Positions 24,105 through 37,449 of a DNA stretch of 64,000 nt are shown piece by piece; the first letter of the stretch is position 1, and each line of letters opens with the position of its first letter. A program made the position numbers and the translations under genes. The notes under the pieces were generated by a model. It ran no database searches and had not been told where the DNA came from. It worked only from the letters and a program-made list of their open reading frames with translations. Source of the stretch: Eledone cirrhosa (lineage: Eukaryota); contig OZ024741.1 in NCBI GenBank assembly GCA_964016885.1, forward strand, positions 37,076,001 through 37,140,000. The letters run 5' to 3'.

Positions 24105-26776
24105 CCATATATCTTGAGGAAGGTCCCGGCTCTAAGGTGTCTGCATGTCCCCGAAGAAGTCGGTTCTGAGGTTTATCAGGCCGCTTCCACCTCTTAGTAT
24201 CTCAAGGATCTCGTTCAGGCATAGTTTGCATATGCAAGATCCCCCTTTATCGGGTGGTACTTTCCTGATTATGTACCAGGCCAGAGAGTATGGGGTCCTG
24301 TCCAGCTTAAGCTTCCAGATCAGGTCGGAGAGAGCTGTGCTTTTCCTTTTGGCCTCCTTCTTGAATGAATGGCGATGGTTGTACCAGCGGTCCTTAAAGC
24401 TCGTTGATGTGGCTCCTATGTAGAGGTGTTCGGAGTTGGGGGTTTTTACTCTACAACCGTACACTAGGTTCTTCTTGAGGCATTCATTACCAAGGGGGCA
24501 TGATTCAGGGTTTCTGCAGTTGCAGAGGGTGGTCGGCCTCTGCGTGCCTAGATTAGGGTTCCCGTTATGTGTTACATGTTGGTTTTCCCCCAGGCTCGGT
24601 GGGGGGTCCTCGGGTCTGTTTGGGTTTCTTGGGTGGGCTCTGGGTCCCCCCTTCCCTCCTTTCACATGGTTCTGCTGAGTGTTTGTATTGCCATCTTCTG
24701 GTTGTGTGGTTTTTAAGCCTACTTCTGTTGATGCTAGCTATGCGTTGGGCCAAATTTCTCGTGGTGGAATACGAAAGCTTCACAGTGTGTCTGTTGAAGA
24801 TCCTGTGGTATCTGTGGTCCCTCGGGAAGCATTTGTCAAGTGCTCCAAAGAATAATCGGGCCAAGCTTTTCTTTAGGGCCGCTGAGTAGGGTGGGTTGTA
24901 CCACGTGATTTGTCGGTGTCTCCTCCTATATGTGTGGGTCGGGGGATTCGTGATTTGTTGGAGATTTGTTGGGTTGCTGGTGGTTTCCGCACTGTTGCTT
25001 CTCCTTTGGCCTCTATGCTTTTTGTTATCTTCGCGGCCCGAATTTGTGGGGTGGTCGTTGTCCGCCCCGGGAGATCCATCGTGGGGTGGTCTCCCGTTTC
25101 CTCCCCCCCACGTGTCCTGCGGTTGGGGTCGTCCGTCCTGGGGTGGTTAGCGTCACGCCTGAGACTGCTACACATATTGTGCTCCATCTCGTGGTCAGGC
25201 GCACTAGTCCCCACCGCCCGTGTGGTGGTGTCGGGTACATGGTGTCTATTTGATTCTGCTCTGCCTGTATTGTTAGGGTTCGCCCTCCCCCCTCGGGCAA
25301 CGCGGTTGTGGGTGTCTGTTGGGCTATCCACCTCCCGGCTTTTCGGACTATATGTTATATTTTGTCCATGTGACGCCTTCTTTAGAGCTGCGTTGTAATA
25401 TTCCGCGTGGTTATTGAATATTTCCTTACTTGCGGACAGGCTGGAGATCCTGTCTGAGACACTCTTCACCACGGCCTTGGTTATGGATCTAGGGTGGTTT
25501 GATTTGGCGTTAACATATACGAGTTTCTCGTTGGGCTTGTGGTAGGGGTAGTATTGCTCGGTGTTCAAGTTTAGGGTGGTGTCTAGGAAGTTAACTACCT
25601 TCCTATTTGGGTCTATTTCTATGCTGAGCCCCTGGTTCTTAAAGAAATGGCGAATACGCCTCCTCATACCCTCCAACATATTGGTGCTGTGGTCATATAC
25701 TGTGAATAGAGCATCGTCACGATATAATCCGCCGCCCAGGCAGGGGATTTCATCTTTTATCTGCTTCAGCAGGTAGAGCCCAACCAGGTCCGTTACCTGC
25801 GCTGAGTCGCTGGAGCCCATCGTGATGTCAAAGTTATTTGGCCAATCACTCCTGGTCCAAAGGTCTCCATCGAAGCGGATTAAGGTCTTTCTTGCGGCGT
25901 GGATGATGCTCACCTCCTCTCGGGTTAGGTCCGTATTGGACATCGCTAAAAATAGGGCCTTATTAAGTACTATGGGTGAGATTGAGGAGTAGTAGCTTGC
26001 GATGTCCAGTTGTATAAAGCTGGTCCTACTTTTCTCATGCAGTATTTTGAACCATTCTATTACTTCTCTCGTGCATGACCATTGCTGTAATTTGGTTTTC
26101 TTCCGAAGCTTGGGCAAAATCCTATCCAGTATTCTTTTACTGACGATCCTTAGGTCAGATCTGGAGGGGGCTATTAGTCTGACAGGGAGGTCGGACTCAA
26201 AGTTTGGCTTGTGGTCTTTAAGGGTAATCCGCGGCTCCCTTGGTTGGTATGAGGCCGTCCTGTCCTCTATGCCGATTCTGGATATAATCCTAAGCTGTGG
26301 CATTGATCTCATCCAGGGTAAATCCAGGTGGTTTTTTGTAGCACTTCCTCAGTTCCCTGAGGATTAGCTTATTGTACAGTTCAGTGTTCATGTTGTAGAG
26401 GTTGTTTGTTTTGTCAGCATGGACAAGTATTCCAGTTGTCCCTTTAAGTACTGTAATTCGGTTTCTCAGGTGTCTGAGGTACTCCTGAGTTCTGGTTGGG
26501 TTTCCGGAGAATTTGAGGTTGGATATGATGTTAATCATCTCGTTTTCAAACTCCTCCATTAGTCTGTTGTGGGGGGGGGGGATTCCTCCTTGATCGAAAA
26601 AGGTACTCCATGTTTTGTGTGTTGGTAATTTTCTGCGTTCCTCTTTCGAAGTGGAACGCCTTCCATCTCATCCTACGGATGAGGGAGTCCATACTCTTGA
26701 TGAGATCACTGGTGTATTCTCGTTTATCAGGTAGGGGGATGTCTTTCAGTAACGCTAAGGTTGCCAGTTTATCCAT
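24105..26776 (-). pseudogene. Penelope-like RT/GIY-YIG polyprotein broken by ~5 frameshifts
   Basis: KDIP..RRMRWKAF, HADKTNN, FIQLDIASYYSSI, ITMGS, GLYRDD, VNFLD, ITWYNPPYS, CNCRNPESCPLGNEC, LVYGC..LYIGAT, FKDRWYNHRHSF, CKLCLNE, and TCRH after a 1-nt frame correction. Confidence 0.9.
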
Positions 26777-27062
26777 AGTGACTTTTTTTGTTATTTTGTT
26801 CCTTTAACACCTTGTCCCTTCTACCATTTTATCAATTTTTAAGCTATCTCCAACAATAACAACACTTAGAATGAGGAATGTTCTAATAACTGACCAATGA
26901 GAGGAGAAGAGGACCTTTGACACTGAAATTCGTTTGTTTGAATTCATATGACTCCAGTTCCTCAGTGAATTAACAACCCAACCAGGAACTGGACATATCA
27001 GAGTATTGACAATATTATACACCTAAACAACATATGTACTTGTCTATACCATACTAATTCAA

Positions 27063-27117
27063 ACTGCCTGAAGAGGTCACAGCGAAAGATGGCTGTCACT
27101 GAAATATATATGGCAGT
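27063..27117 (+). ncRNA. Hammerhead copy in the inverted 5' pLTR (G at the cleavage site)
   Basis: Same motif but GAAA-TATATA-TG-GCAGT. Confidence 0.7.
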
Positions 27118-27259
27118 AATAAACGAAGCTAAATTTTAATCATTTGACTTTTATTTAACTTTAATTTACACTACTCCGGAGTAACCAAACCAACCTGCGC
27201 ATTTCGTCGAGTGCTCCAGCCTGCATACTGAGGTGTTGGTATACAACCAACATAAACTC

Positions 27260-27385
<126 letters not shown>

Positions 27386-27397
27386 TCTCTCTCTCTC

Positions 27398-27435
<38 letters not shown>

Positions 27436-27444
<9 letters not shown>

Positions 27445-27968
27445 AAGTTAAATAAAAGTCAAATGATTAAAATTTACCTTCGTTTATTACTGCTATATAT
27501 ATTTCAGTGACAGCCATCTTTGGCTGTGACCTCTTCAGGCAGTTTGAATTAGTATGGTATAGACAAGTACATATGTTGTTTAGGTGTATGATATTGTCAA
27601 TATGTGATATTGTCAATACTCTGATATGCCCACTTCCTTGTTGGGTTGTTATGACTCCAGTTCCCCAGTGAATTAACAACCCAACAAGGAACTGGGCATA
27701 TCAGAGTATTGACAATATCATACACCTAAACAACATATGTACTTGTTTATACCATACTAATTCAAACTGCCTGAAGAGGTCACAGCCAAAGATGGCTGTC
27801 ACTGAAATATATATAGCAGTAATAAACGAAGCTAAATTTTAATCATTTGACTTTTATTTAACTTTATTTTACACTACTCCGGAGTAACCAAACCAACCTG
27901 CGCACTTTGTCGAGTGCTCCAGCCTGCATACTGAGGTGTTGGTATACAACGAACATAAACTCAAAATC
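27436..27968. mobile_element. ORF-less palindromic pLTR derivative of the adjacent Penelope-like family, with two hammerheads (27489-27543 minus, 27766-27820 plus)
   Basis: Fold-back of the pLTR centred near 27660, with the same unique tail as 27166-27265; (TA)n on both sides. Confidence 0.85.
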
Positions 27969-28128
27969 TATATATATATATATATATATAGGTTGTTTAA
28001 ATCAATGATCAATGACTAGAACATTCAGCTGGAATTTGAGAGATATAAAGTTTTATTTTTTAAAGTACCTACTGTCTACTATTTTCCCTCTACAGTTATT
28101 TTCTGTATTTGGTATTCCTACATTTTCT

Positions 28129-28177
<49 letters not shown>

Positions 28178-28181
<4 letters not shown>

Positions 28182-28400
28182 AAGTGGACGTGTAGGCGCC
28201 ATGGAAAAAAAAAGCATCCAGCACTCACTGTAAATGAGGTTGGCGTTAGGAAGGGCATCCAGCTGTAGAAATAAAGCCAGAATCAGTTCCTGTATGAGCA
28301 ATACAAGGTCAGCTGACCGGACACTGCCCACAACAGGACAACCCGTCTAACCCATGCTAGCGTGGAAGAATGGACGTAAAACAGTGATGATGATGATGAT
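28178..28400 (+). mobile_element. RTE-B/SINE 3' tail fragment in (TA)n
   Basis: GGAAGGGCATCCAGCTG..ACCCATGCTAGCGTGG..GGACGTAAAA(TGA)n. Confidence 0.85.
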
Positions 28401-28734
28401 ATATATATGTCTAACCCATGTGTGTCTACATTTTTGGGGGCACCCTGTATATATACAGTTACAACAATGGCATATGTAAATACTTAAGTTTTGTTGGGTT
28501 TAATGCCAACTCATTCAGTCTGCCATATTGTGATGTAGTTGCTTATGGAGAGATTCTTGATCATATAGAAGAGTTCTAAAGCTAAGAGTAAGGATCTATA
28601 AAAAATCTCAATTAATTAATTAAATAAATCAGGGTTAAACCCAATATATGTAATGGAGATTATACTAACAAGAAATTAGGGGGTTAACTTGTGTGCAGAG
28701 AAATATAGTACATATACCATCTCTACAGAAAAAA

Positions 28735-29280
28735 CAAAGATTTGTGTAGACATCAATTGAAGAAATCCAGCTGTGTATTTAGGCAGATTTTTTTTTAAAG
28801 AAGACAGTTATGAAAGTATATTCCATTTCTCTGTGCTACATAAGTATCAAGTTTCACTCCATTAATGTGGAGTGTAGATTCTTCCACTATCTTCCATTTT
28901 ATGAAGAACTGTGCTGTTTTCTTTGAAGTTCTACACATGGTTTGCGAGCTTAGTGGTTTGCTTCTTGTCAGGATATCAGAAGGTAATTTCGTAGTTCAGG
29001 AAATAGCTTTTGAAATGGCTCTCTGACACATCTACATAAGTTCAGGCTTCTGTTAGGTTGTTCTTAATTGGGGGAGATCACTTCTGCTTCATATATCACC
29101 ACTGGAGTATTGCACTGTTGGTCGAGGGGCCATACTTCTGGCTTTCTGTATTTGCATCCAAAAGGTGGTGCTCTTGCCTTTTGACGATGTGGTGTTTCAT
29201 TTTTTTTTAGTATATGAGTAGCGTAATTTCATTGTGTGGCAGTTAAAAATCTGCTGGTATTTATGGCCTACAGGGAAATG
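28735..29280 (-). pseudogene. Highly degenerate Naiad-type Penelope GIY-YIG region
   Basis: Translates HFPVGHKYQQIFNCHTMKLRYS..GCKYRKPEVWPLDQQC..VIYEAEV..HFK..IKWKIV..YLCSTEK..LNTQLDFF..CLH, collinear with 24132-24864. Confidence 0.75.
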
Positions 29281-29594
29281 TGAATATAAAAATGAAACAA
29301 GACAGGACAATTGGTCTTTCAACTATTTACAAACAAATAAAATTTTCCACAAACCAATGCGCTGCAACTGGAAAGAAGAGATGGAAACAAAATCCACATA
29401 TTAGCTAAGAAGAGAAAGTATGCACAGAAGACGAAGTGAGAAAAAAACTGTTTGTATGAATGTAAGCCCTATACAGACAAACATAACATGGAAGGAGCAG
29501 AGAGAGAGGGGGAGGGGGGACAGAAAACACAGAAGACACAGAATATACAATCATTAATAAAAAAACTTTTTGCTTGGATATAGATAAACACAAT

Positions 29595-29675
<81 letters not shown>

Positions 29676-29946
29676 TAGAGAGATAGAGAGAGAGAGTAAG
29701 TGAGAAAAAAAGAGAGAAGAGGACAGAGAATGCAGGCATTGTAAAGTTTAAATACATATGAATTTGAGATATTGTCCTGTGTGGCTAAGATCATACAAAA
29801 TGAATAAAAAAAGATGGACAAAGCTATATATATATATATATATATATATAAATGAAGTAATTCCGTCGGAAAAGTCCAGGAAAAAAGAGTGCTCTATGTA
29901 GGTAACAGAGCTTAATAGTTATGTAATAAACAACATAAGGCAATTA

Positions 29947-30007
29947 TTTCATTTACCAGTGGTTTCTTAAAAGCAAAATAATGTTGCTTTCAATCATCAG
30001 AATGAAA
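29947..30007 (-). ncRNA. Type I hammerhead ribozyme in a pLTR remnant (~29855-30020)
   Basis: TTTCATT-CTGATGA-TTGAAAGCAA..TTGCTTTTAA-GAAA-CCAcTGG-TA-AATGAAA; the downstream tail is homologous to 12401-12467. Confidence 0.75.
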
Positions 30008-30109
30008 AAATCCTGGCGTATTTATTGACGTTGGATTTTAAAAACAAAAATGCAATCTATATGAAAGTGAGGCTGGAAAAGGAAGAAGGAAATGAAAAAT
30101 AAAATAAAA

Positions 30110-30135
30110 ACACACATGCAAACACACACAAATAT

Positions 30136-30199
<64 letters not shown>

Positions 30200-30341
30200 A
30201 TACACACACACAGATATACACACACACACACATATATATATGTGTATATATATACATACACATACATATACACATACATACACAGATAAATATCAACATA
30301 TCCATACATACACATACATATATACAACCACACACACACAT

Positions 30342-30392
<51 letters not shown>

Positions 30393-30983
30393 CACATACA
30401 CATACATATACATACACATATACATACACATACATACATACACACAATCATACGTATATACACACGTACATACATACACATACATACACATATATATACA
30501 CGCATACATACGCATGCACAAAAATAGAAATATATACACACACCTCTACATACTCACACACACAAATAAATATAAGAAAAATTATATAATAATAAAAAAC
30601 ATAAAAATGAATATAAAGACTATTATAATGTTGACAGCGATATAGGCAACGAATAAATGAACAAACACACGTGGTAAGCAATACACACAAATGCACGTAC
30701 ACATACATACGTAAAAATAAATACATACACACACTCTCACCCATAAATATACATATACAAATACATAAACACATACATACGCATACACAAATACATACAC
30801 ACACACACATATATACATATATACACACACATACATATATATATATATACATACATACATAACCATACAAATATACACATACATATACATACATATCACA
30901 AACACGTACATACACATACAAACACACACATATATATGTGTGTAAAACTCATTCTTAGATAATTCATATGAACCTTATTTAAC

Positions 30984-31020
<37 letters not shown>

Positions 31021-31235
31021 CAAATAAATTATCGAGAATCGGAACTTCGGCCACGAAATAACGAAACACAATCTTCGAAATGTGCGGCAAAGTGCTCAAT
31101 GGTTCTGATAAACAGAGCTATAACTAACGTTTAATACCAACACACTGAGGACGATGCTTAAACAATCATTCGCACAGCCCAAAATACGACCAAGAAAATT
31201 CGGGTCAGACAAATAAAAATATATATGAATGAAAA

Positions 31236-31269
<34 letters not shown>

Positions 31270-31960
31270 TACATACATATATATACATACACATATATAC
31301 ACATACATACATACTCACATACACATATATACCTACACACACATATATACATAACATACGTATGCATACGTACATACACACACGCATATACATATATAAC
31401 TCAATATATATATTATATATAGAAAGAACATTATTATATATAAGAAAGAACACATTATTATATATATATATATATAAAATAAATATTGTATATATAAAAA
31501 TAAAAATGAAAATAAAAAGTTGGGAATACGACAAATAATAAATAAAAAAATATATATTTAGAAAAGGGTATAAATGCTTATAGCAGATATATAGCACTCA
31601 ACAAGTTCCTGGAGCAAAAGATCAATGAAAATAATCATTAAATCACTATATGTAATGATGCATGTACATACACCCTTATACATATATACATACACACACA
31701 CACATACATATATATATACATACACACACAAAAACACAACCACAGAAATACACACACACATACAATTACGTATATATATATATACACACACACACATATG
31801 AAAAAGTCTGACCCCACGGCAGAGCTCAAGCCTTTTCTGAGGCTATTATATATATACACACACAAAACCATTATATAAAAAAAATACATATACACGCACA
31901 AATATACACACGCCCATACACACACATTAAATCTATATATACACACATACATACACATAT

Positions 31961-32011
<51 letters not shown>

Positions 32012-32270
32012 TACACACATACATACTTACACGTAAATATATACACACACGCGCACAAATACAACAGAAATATATAATATATACGATTATATATACATAT
32101 ACATATACATACAGATAGATATAAACATACATACACACACATACATACATACACATATACATATACACACACATATACATACACATATATATACATATAT
32201 ATATATACATATATACATATATATACATACATATACATATATACACATATACATACATATACGCAACACA
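30110..32270. repeat. Large (TA)/(CA) compound microsatellite field
   Basis: Direct inspection; source of the many VCVY/IHT pseudo-ORFs. Confidence 0.95.
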
Positions 32271-32725
32271 AAAAAAAATAAAAATTAATATCTAAAAATA
32301 AAAAAAATTTTGGTATGTGAAGGGTAAGGCAAAAAAATAGGGGGGGGAAATAAATGACATAGGAAAAGGTTTAAATATAAGGGGAGATAAGGGAGAAAGA
32401 GAATACAAGAGTACAGAACGTGGATTCAGCAGGTAAAAAAATCGTAGTGGAAGTAAAGAGCAGGTAAGGAGTTCAAGGTGGTTGAGTTATCATAGGAATG
32501 TCAATCCAGTTACAGATCAGATGTGATTTCAGATGAGGACAACATCTGAAGATCTCGGTCTTTGAGTTCAGGCAAACAGAAGTTTTATATATAATATAAA
32601 AATGAATAATAACCTAATAATATATATAATATATATATATATAATAGTAATAATAATAAATTTGAAGACTAAAATCCAAAGAGGGCTTGATAAAGATAAA
32701 TAAATATATAAGAACCGTAGAGCAA

Positions 32726-32993
32726 ATATTTATTAAAATAACAGATTAAAGTTTAAGCAAAGAATCGCTGCTTTCATCCTTAACGGGATCTTCTGAAACT
32801 AACAAAAGTCAATCTGTGAACGCAGAAGTGAATATTTCAAAAAACGTTGCAACCTGTCTTCCTCCAGTTGCAACGTTTTTTGAAATATTCACTTCTGCGT
32901 TCACAGATTGACTTTGTTAGTTTCAGAAGATCCCGTTAAGGGTGAAAGCAGCGATTCTTTGCTTAAACTTTAATCTGTCATTTTAATAAATAT
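32726..32993. repeat. ~270-bp near-perfect palindrome with a short spacer
   Basis: Arms 32726-32853 and 32867-32993 are reverse complements; contains a degenerate CAGAAGA-stem-GAAA motif. Confidence 0.85.
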
Positions 32994-33033
32994 GCCCCAG
33001 CATGGCCTCAGCCGGATGGCTGAAACAGGTAAA

Positions 33034-33075
<42 letters not shown>

Positions 33076-33512
33076 TCACTTCCCCCCTCTCTCACTTCCT
33101 CCTGTTTGACCTGTGTGATATCCTTTCTCACTCACATCTCACCCACGTCAGATGGTCTGTATCTCTCCTTGTCTATGATTTTACCGAACTTAAGTTCACA
33201 GATATCACAGACTTGTTTCCCCTCTTCCTCTCTTTCCGTTGCATCACCATCTCTGTTTGTTTACATGTCTCACTCGCTTCACCCTATTTTACGTGTCCCA
33301 ATAACTTTTTTTAGTTATTGCTCGCACCAACCAGAGGTATATGATCATTAATGCGAAGAAATACCAATGACGGTTGGAAGATCACTGATGAAGGACTAAT
33401 TTTATTCATATGTATCCCATTTTCAACAACGCAGCACGCCATTTTTCATATATATATATATATATATATATGTCGGGGTCAAACATTTTCCTATATATAT
33501 ATATATATATAT

Positions 33513-34282
33513 ATCATCATCATCATCCTCGTTTAACGTCCACTTTCCACGCTAGCATGGGTTAGACGGGAGTTGTCCCACTTGAGGCAAGGTTGGTCGG
33601 GTGACCGTGTCTCGCTCATATAGGACTATCTGGCAGGTTTTCTACAGCTGGATGCCCTTCCTAACACCAACCACATTTACAGTGTGGAACTGGGAACTTT
33701 TTACCGTGTTACCTACACGCCCACATTACAACGTGGACTGTGTGTTTTTTTCTCGTGACACCTACACGATGTCGATCTCGATCTCATTTATCTCATTTAT
33801 TTGGACTGGATGTTGTGGTACCAACTTTATAGAGAGGAGGTGGTGTTGGTGGGAGTGGGAGGATAGGGTAGGGGTAGTGGATTGGGGTGTATATTTGGTT
33901 AAGAGGTGCCTACTGACTGTAGGTTTCGCTTTGTACATAGGCAAGGCGGGTCTTCTGTATTACTGCATAGTGCCAAAGGTCTCGGTCCAGTGACATTGTC
34001 TTAGAGAGGTGCAAGTGTGTAAGGTCGGAATTTATCAGATCGTTCCCAGTTTTTCTGGGTTTACCTACTCCGTAACTACCATCAATTTTGATCGCCCTGC
34101 ACTTTTTTATACAGCTGTTGTCTTTCATGCGCATCACGTGACCATACCAACGTAGTCTTCTCTCGAGTAAACAGCATCTGATCCCTCTTATTTCTAATTT
34201 CTCACTTAGTTCATTTATGCTTTGCCGTTCACGTATATTGCTATTACACATCCAACAGAGCATGCATGCTTCGTTCCTTTCC
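33513..34282 (-). mobile_element. 5'-truncated RTE family A-like copy flanked by (TA)n
   Basis: ORF 33910..34263 ([13 protein letters not shown]), full UTR and (TGA)n tail. Confidence 0.9.
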
Positions 34283-34306
34283 TATATATATATATATATA
34301 GGAAAC

Positions 34307-34480
34307 TGTTTGACCCCCGACGGCAGAGCTCAAGCCGTTTCGACCAGAAGTAGCCGTCGAAACGGCTTGAGCTCTGCCGTCGGGGTCAAAACATTTTCCT
34401 ATTACCCACTCTACTACCCTAAGTATTGAGTACTCTGATGTGTTATGGTCCATCTGGTTCCTTACCACAACTCCCTCGTT
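34307..34480. repeat. Short palindrome plus tail of a dispersed family
   Basis: GACCCCCGACGGCAGAGCTCAAGCCGTTTCGAC / GTCGAAACGGCTTGAGCTCTGCCGTCGGGGTC; related pieces at ~31808-31840, 33472-33492 and 40269-40367. Confidence 0.75.
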
Positions 34481-35938
34481 TTTTTAATATATATATATGT
34501 GTGTGTGGGTGGGTGTGTGGGTGTGTTTAGGGGGTAAAAAAGAAGTAGTAACAAAATAGAAAAAGTGAGAAAGAGAGAGAAGTGGTTTCTAGAAACTAAA
34601 AGGTTGCTTGGATGTCGAAGAGGAAGAGAGGAGGTAAAGAGAATGAACAGCAGTAAGAGGCGGAGGAGAAAAGAGGGAGTCAAACAAATAAAAAGGAGTT
34701 TTTGTTATTACTTGGCCCAGCAAATCTATGACCAAAGGCATTCCAGACCATCTCATGTTTTTCTTGTCGGAGACACTGTGCAACCACGACTGCATTGTCT
34801 GACGTGTTTCTATTCTCTTTTTAAGATGATAGGGTGTGATGGAAGAGGAAGTCAGCTGCTATTTCTAGCAGGTCAAGCAAGCACTTAGAAGCTCCCTTGT
34901 TAGCACAGAGAAGCTGGGAGGAGGAGGATGGGGAGAAAATAAGAGTAGAGAGAGGTGAGGCGGAGGGAGGAGGAAAAGATGTATGTGGAGAATTATGCAG
35001 AGAAAAATGAAAAGAAAAAGAGAAAAGAAGAAAAGGAAAAGATGAGAAGAATAAGAGAAAAAAGGGAGAAAAGGAAAAAGGAAGGGAAAGAGTAGCAGTA
35101 GCATCATCATCAGCATCATCATCATCATCATCCTCATCATCATCATCAGTAGCAGCAATAAAATAAAAAGGGAGTTGCAGTGCAAGTTAATAGCTTTAAA
35201 AGCTATTAATATGGGACCAGGGCAACAGAAGTGTAAACATATGGTTGTCCCTATAAATTCTCAGTCAACCAATTGAAAAAAAGAAGAAGAAAAGAAAAAA
35301 ACTTCCATGTAAATTATTCTAAGTCCCTGTTTTACATTTCTCAGTGCGATTCTGCTCTGCAGGAAGGTCACTGAAGCCTACTGCATATTGACTTAGCTGG
35401 TTTTACCCACCTTTTATTTTTATTTATTTGATCTAATTTTTTTAAAAATTATATCATTATATTTTTTATTTTATATATTACTTTTTTTATTTTCTGAAAT
35501 ATATTTTTTATTTATCTATCTATTTATTTTATATTATTTAGAATCACTGTAGTTGTGAGGGAGTGGAGGGTGGCGGGTGGTGGGGAGTGGTGGATCCCTT
35601 GAGAAATGGCATGTTGGCATGTAATGAAAGGAAATAAAAAGAAAAAAACAACAAAAGTAAGGAATGGGATAGGGTGGGGGTGGGGTTGGGTTGATAGGGT
35701 GGAGGAGAAAAGTTTGGCGCGTGTAACAAGCCTGACTAAAATAGCAGAGAAACAACAACAACAGCAAACAACAACAAAATAAATAGAATAAATAAGATAA
35801 ACTTATAAGAAGAAATATCAAATTAAAATAAAGGTATAAGAAATCAGTAATAATAACAATTAGATAATTTATGCTGTTTGGTTTTACTTACAGTTTTTTG
35901 GTGATGGAAGCAGGGTGAGGTGGGGTGGGCAGTATTTG

Positions 35939-36001
35939 TGATGATGATGATGATGATGATGATTATGATGACAATAATGATAGAGATGATGATGATGATA
36001 G

Positions 36002-36053
<52 letters not shown>

Positions 36054-36120
36054 AGTGATGATGGTGATGATGATAGTGATGATGATGACAGTGTTGATGT
36101 GATGATGATGATGATGATGA
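35939..36120. repeat. (GAT)n microsatellite
   Basis: Direct inspection. Confidence 0.95.
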
Positions 36121-36182
36121 ATATCTTTAGATTTAAATAATTTTATCTTTTATTTTTCCTGCCCTCCCTTAGATTCTCTCTC

Positions 36183-36226
<44 letters not shown>

Positions 36227-36601
36227 CTAACTCTCACTATTTCCTTTTATCACTCTCTTTCCTCCTCTGTCTTCTGTCCCTCTATCTCATCTATCCCCCT
36301 CACTCTACCTCTTTCTCAGGCTCTTTCTTGCTCTCCTCCCTCACACTCTCCATGTCTGTTCCACTTTTCCCTCTCATTCTCTAGTATGAAGAAATGGGAA
36401 AGAAATAATCTCAGCCATTTTGTTTATAGTTTCCTTTTCTCTCGCTTTTTTTCTCTGTTTCTCTCTGTTTCTCTCTCTCTTTCTTTCTCTCTCTCTCTCT
36501 CTCCATACATGTATATATATATATACATATACACATATATGTTGTGTTGTACCTGTTGTACAATGTGTTATGCTGAATCTCCCTGAGAACTACATTACAG
36601 G

Positions 36602-36632
<31 letters not shown>

Positions 36633-37086
36633 TTTACGTCCGCTTTTCCCTGCTTGCAAGATACATGTCTGTAGAATGCTCAGCCACTTGCACTATGGTA
36701 CAATATGAACTATACCTGTGTTTCAAAGGGCCAGCTTTGTCACACACTGTGCCAAGCTGAATCTCCCTGAGGGCTATATTACTCTATATATACTATTGTA
36801 TTTTCACGGTAAACACTTTATCTCATATAATTAGCTCACATTATATAATATCGAATCTATGAGATTTTGATATTATTTAGTTTGGGGACAATACCTTAAC
36901 ATAAGTATGAGTAGCCAGTTATGGTCGGTTTGAACAGAAAGTGGTGATAGAATTCTGGTCGGATATGGCTGCTTTAAATACTAAAGTGTTAAGGGACATG
37001 TGTTTGTGGAATATTCAACCACTTACATGTTGCAGATTGTTTTATTACATGGCAGATTGTTTTATTATTCCAATTATTGGAATACT

Positions 37087-37436
37087 TCATCATCATCATT
37101 TCATCATTTCATTTTACGTCCACTTTTTCCCTGCTTGCAAGGGTGGGACGGGAACCGATTCTGGCTTGATTTCTACAGCTGGATGCCCTTCCTAACACCA
37201 ACCTCATTTACAGTGAGTGCTGGGTGCTTTTTTTCCGTGGCACCTCCACGACCACTTTGCAGTGGAATGATAGGGACCCCAGTCCTATCATCTCATTTCT
37301 ACAGCTGAGTAAACTGGAGCAATGTGAAATAAAGTATCTTGCTGAAGGAAACAACACATCACCCGGTCTGAGAATTGAACTCACAACCTTTCGATTGCAA
37401 GGCCGATGCTCTAACCACTAAGCCATGTGCCTCCAC
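37087..37436 (-). mobile_element. tRNA-derived SINE (type 2, CORE-like centre) with an RTE family C tail
   Basis: Head GGAGGCACATGGCTTAGTGGTTAGAGC..GAGTTCAATTCT, centre CCTTCAGCAAGATACTTTA, tail CCCGTCCCACCCTTGCAAGCAGGG. Confidence 0.85.
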
Positions 37437-37449
37437 TTATTCAACAATA

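Noticed and set aside
30022-32271. Numerous VCVY/IYI/HT ORFs (likewise poly-M, poly-D and poly-SL ORFs elsewhere)
   Set aside because: Translations of di- and trinucleotide microsatellites
37360-37436. tRNA gene (also 62545-62618 and the type-1 SINE heads)
   Set aside because: A/B boxes are present but continue into SINE bodies without a proper acceptor stem; these are SINE heads
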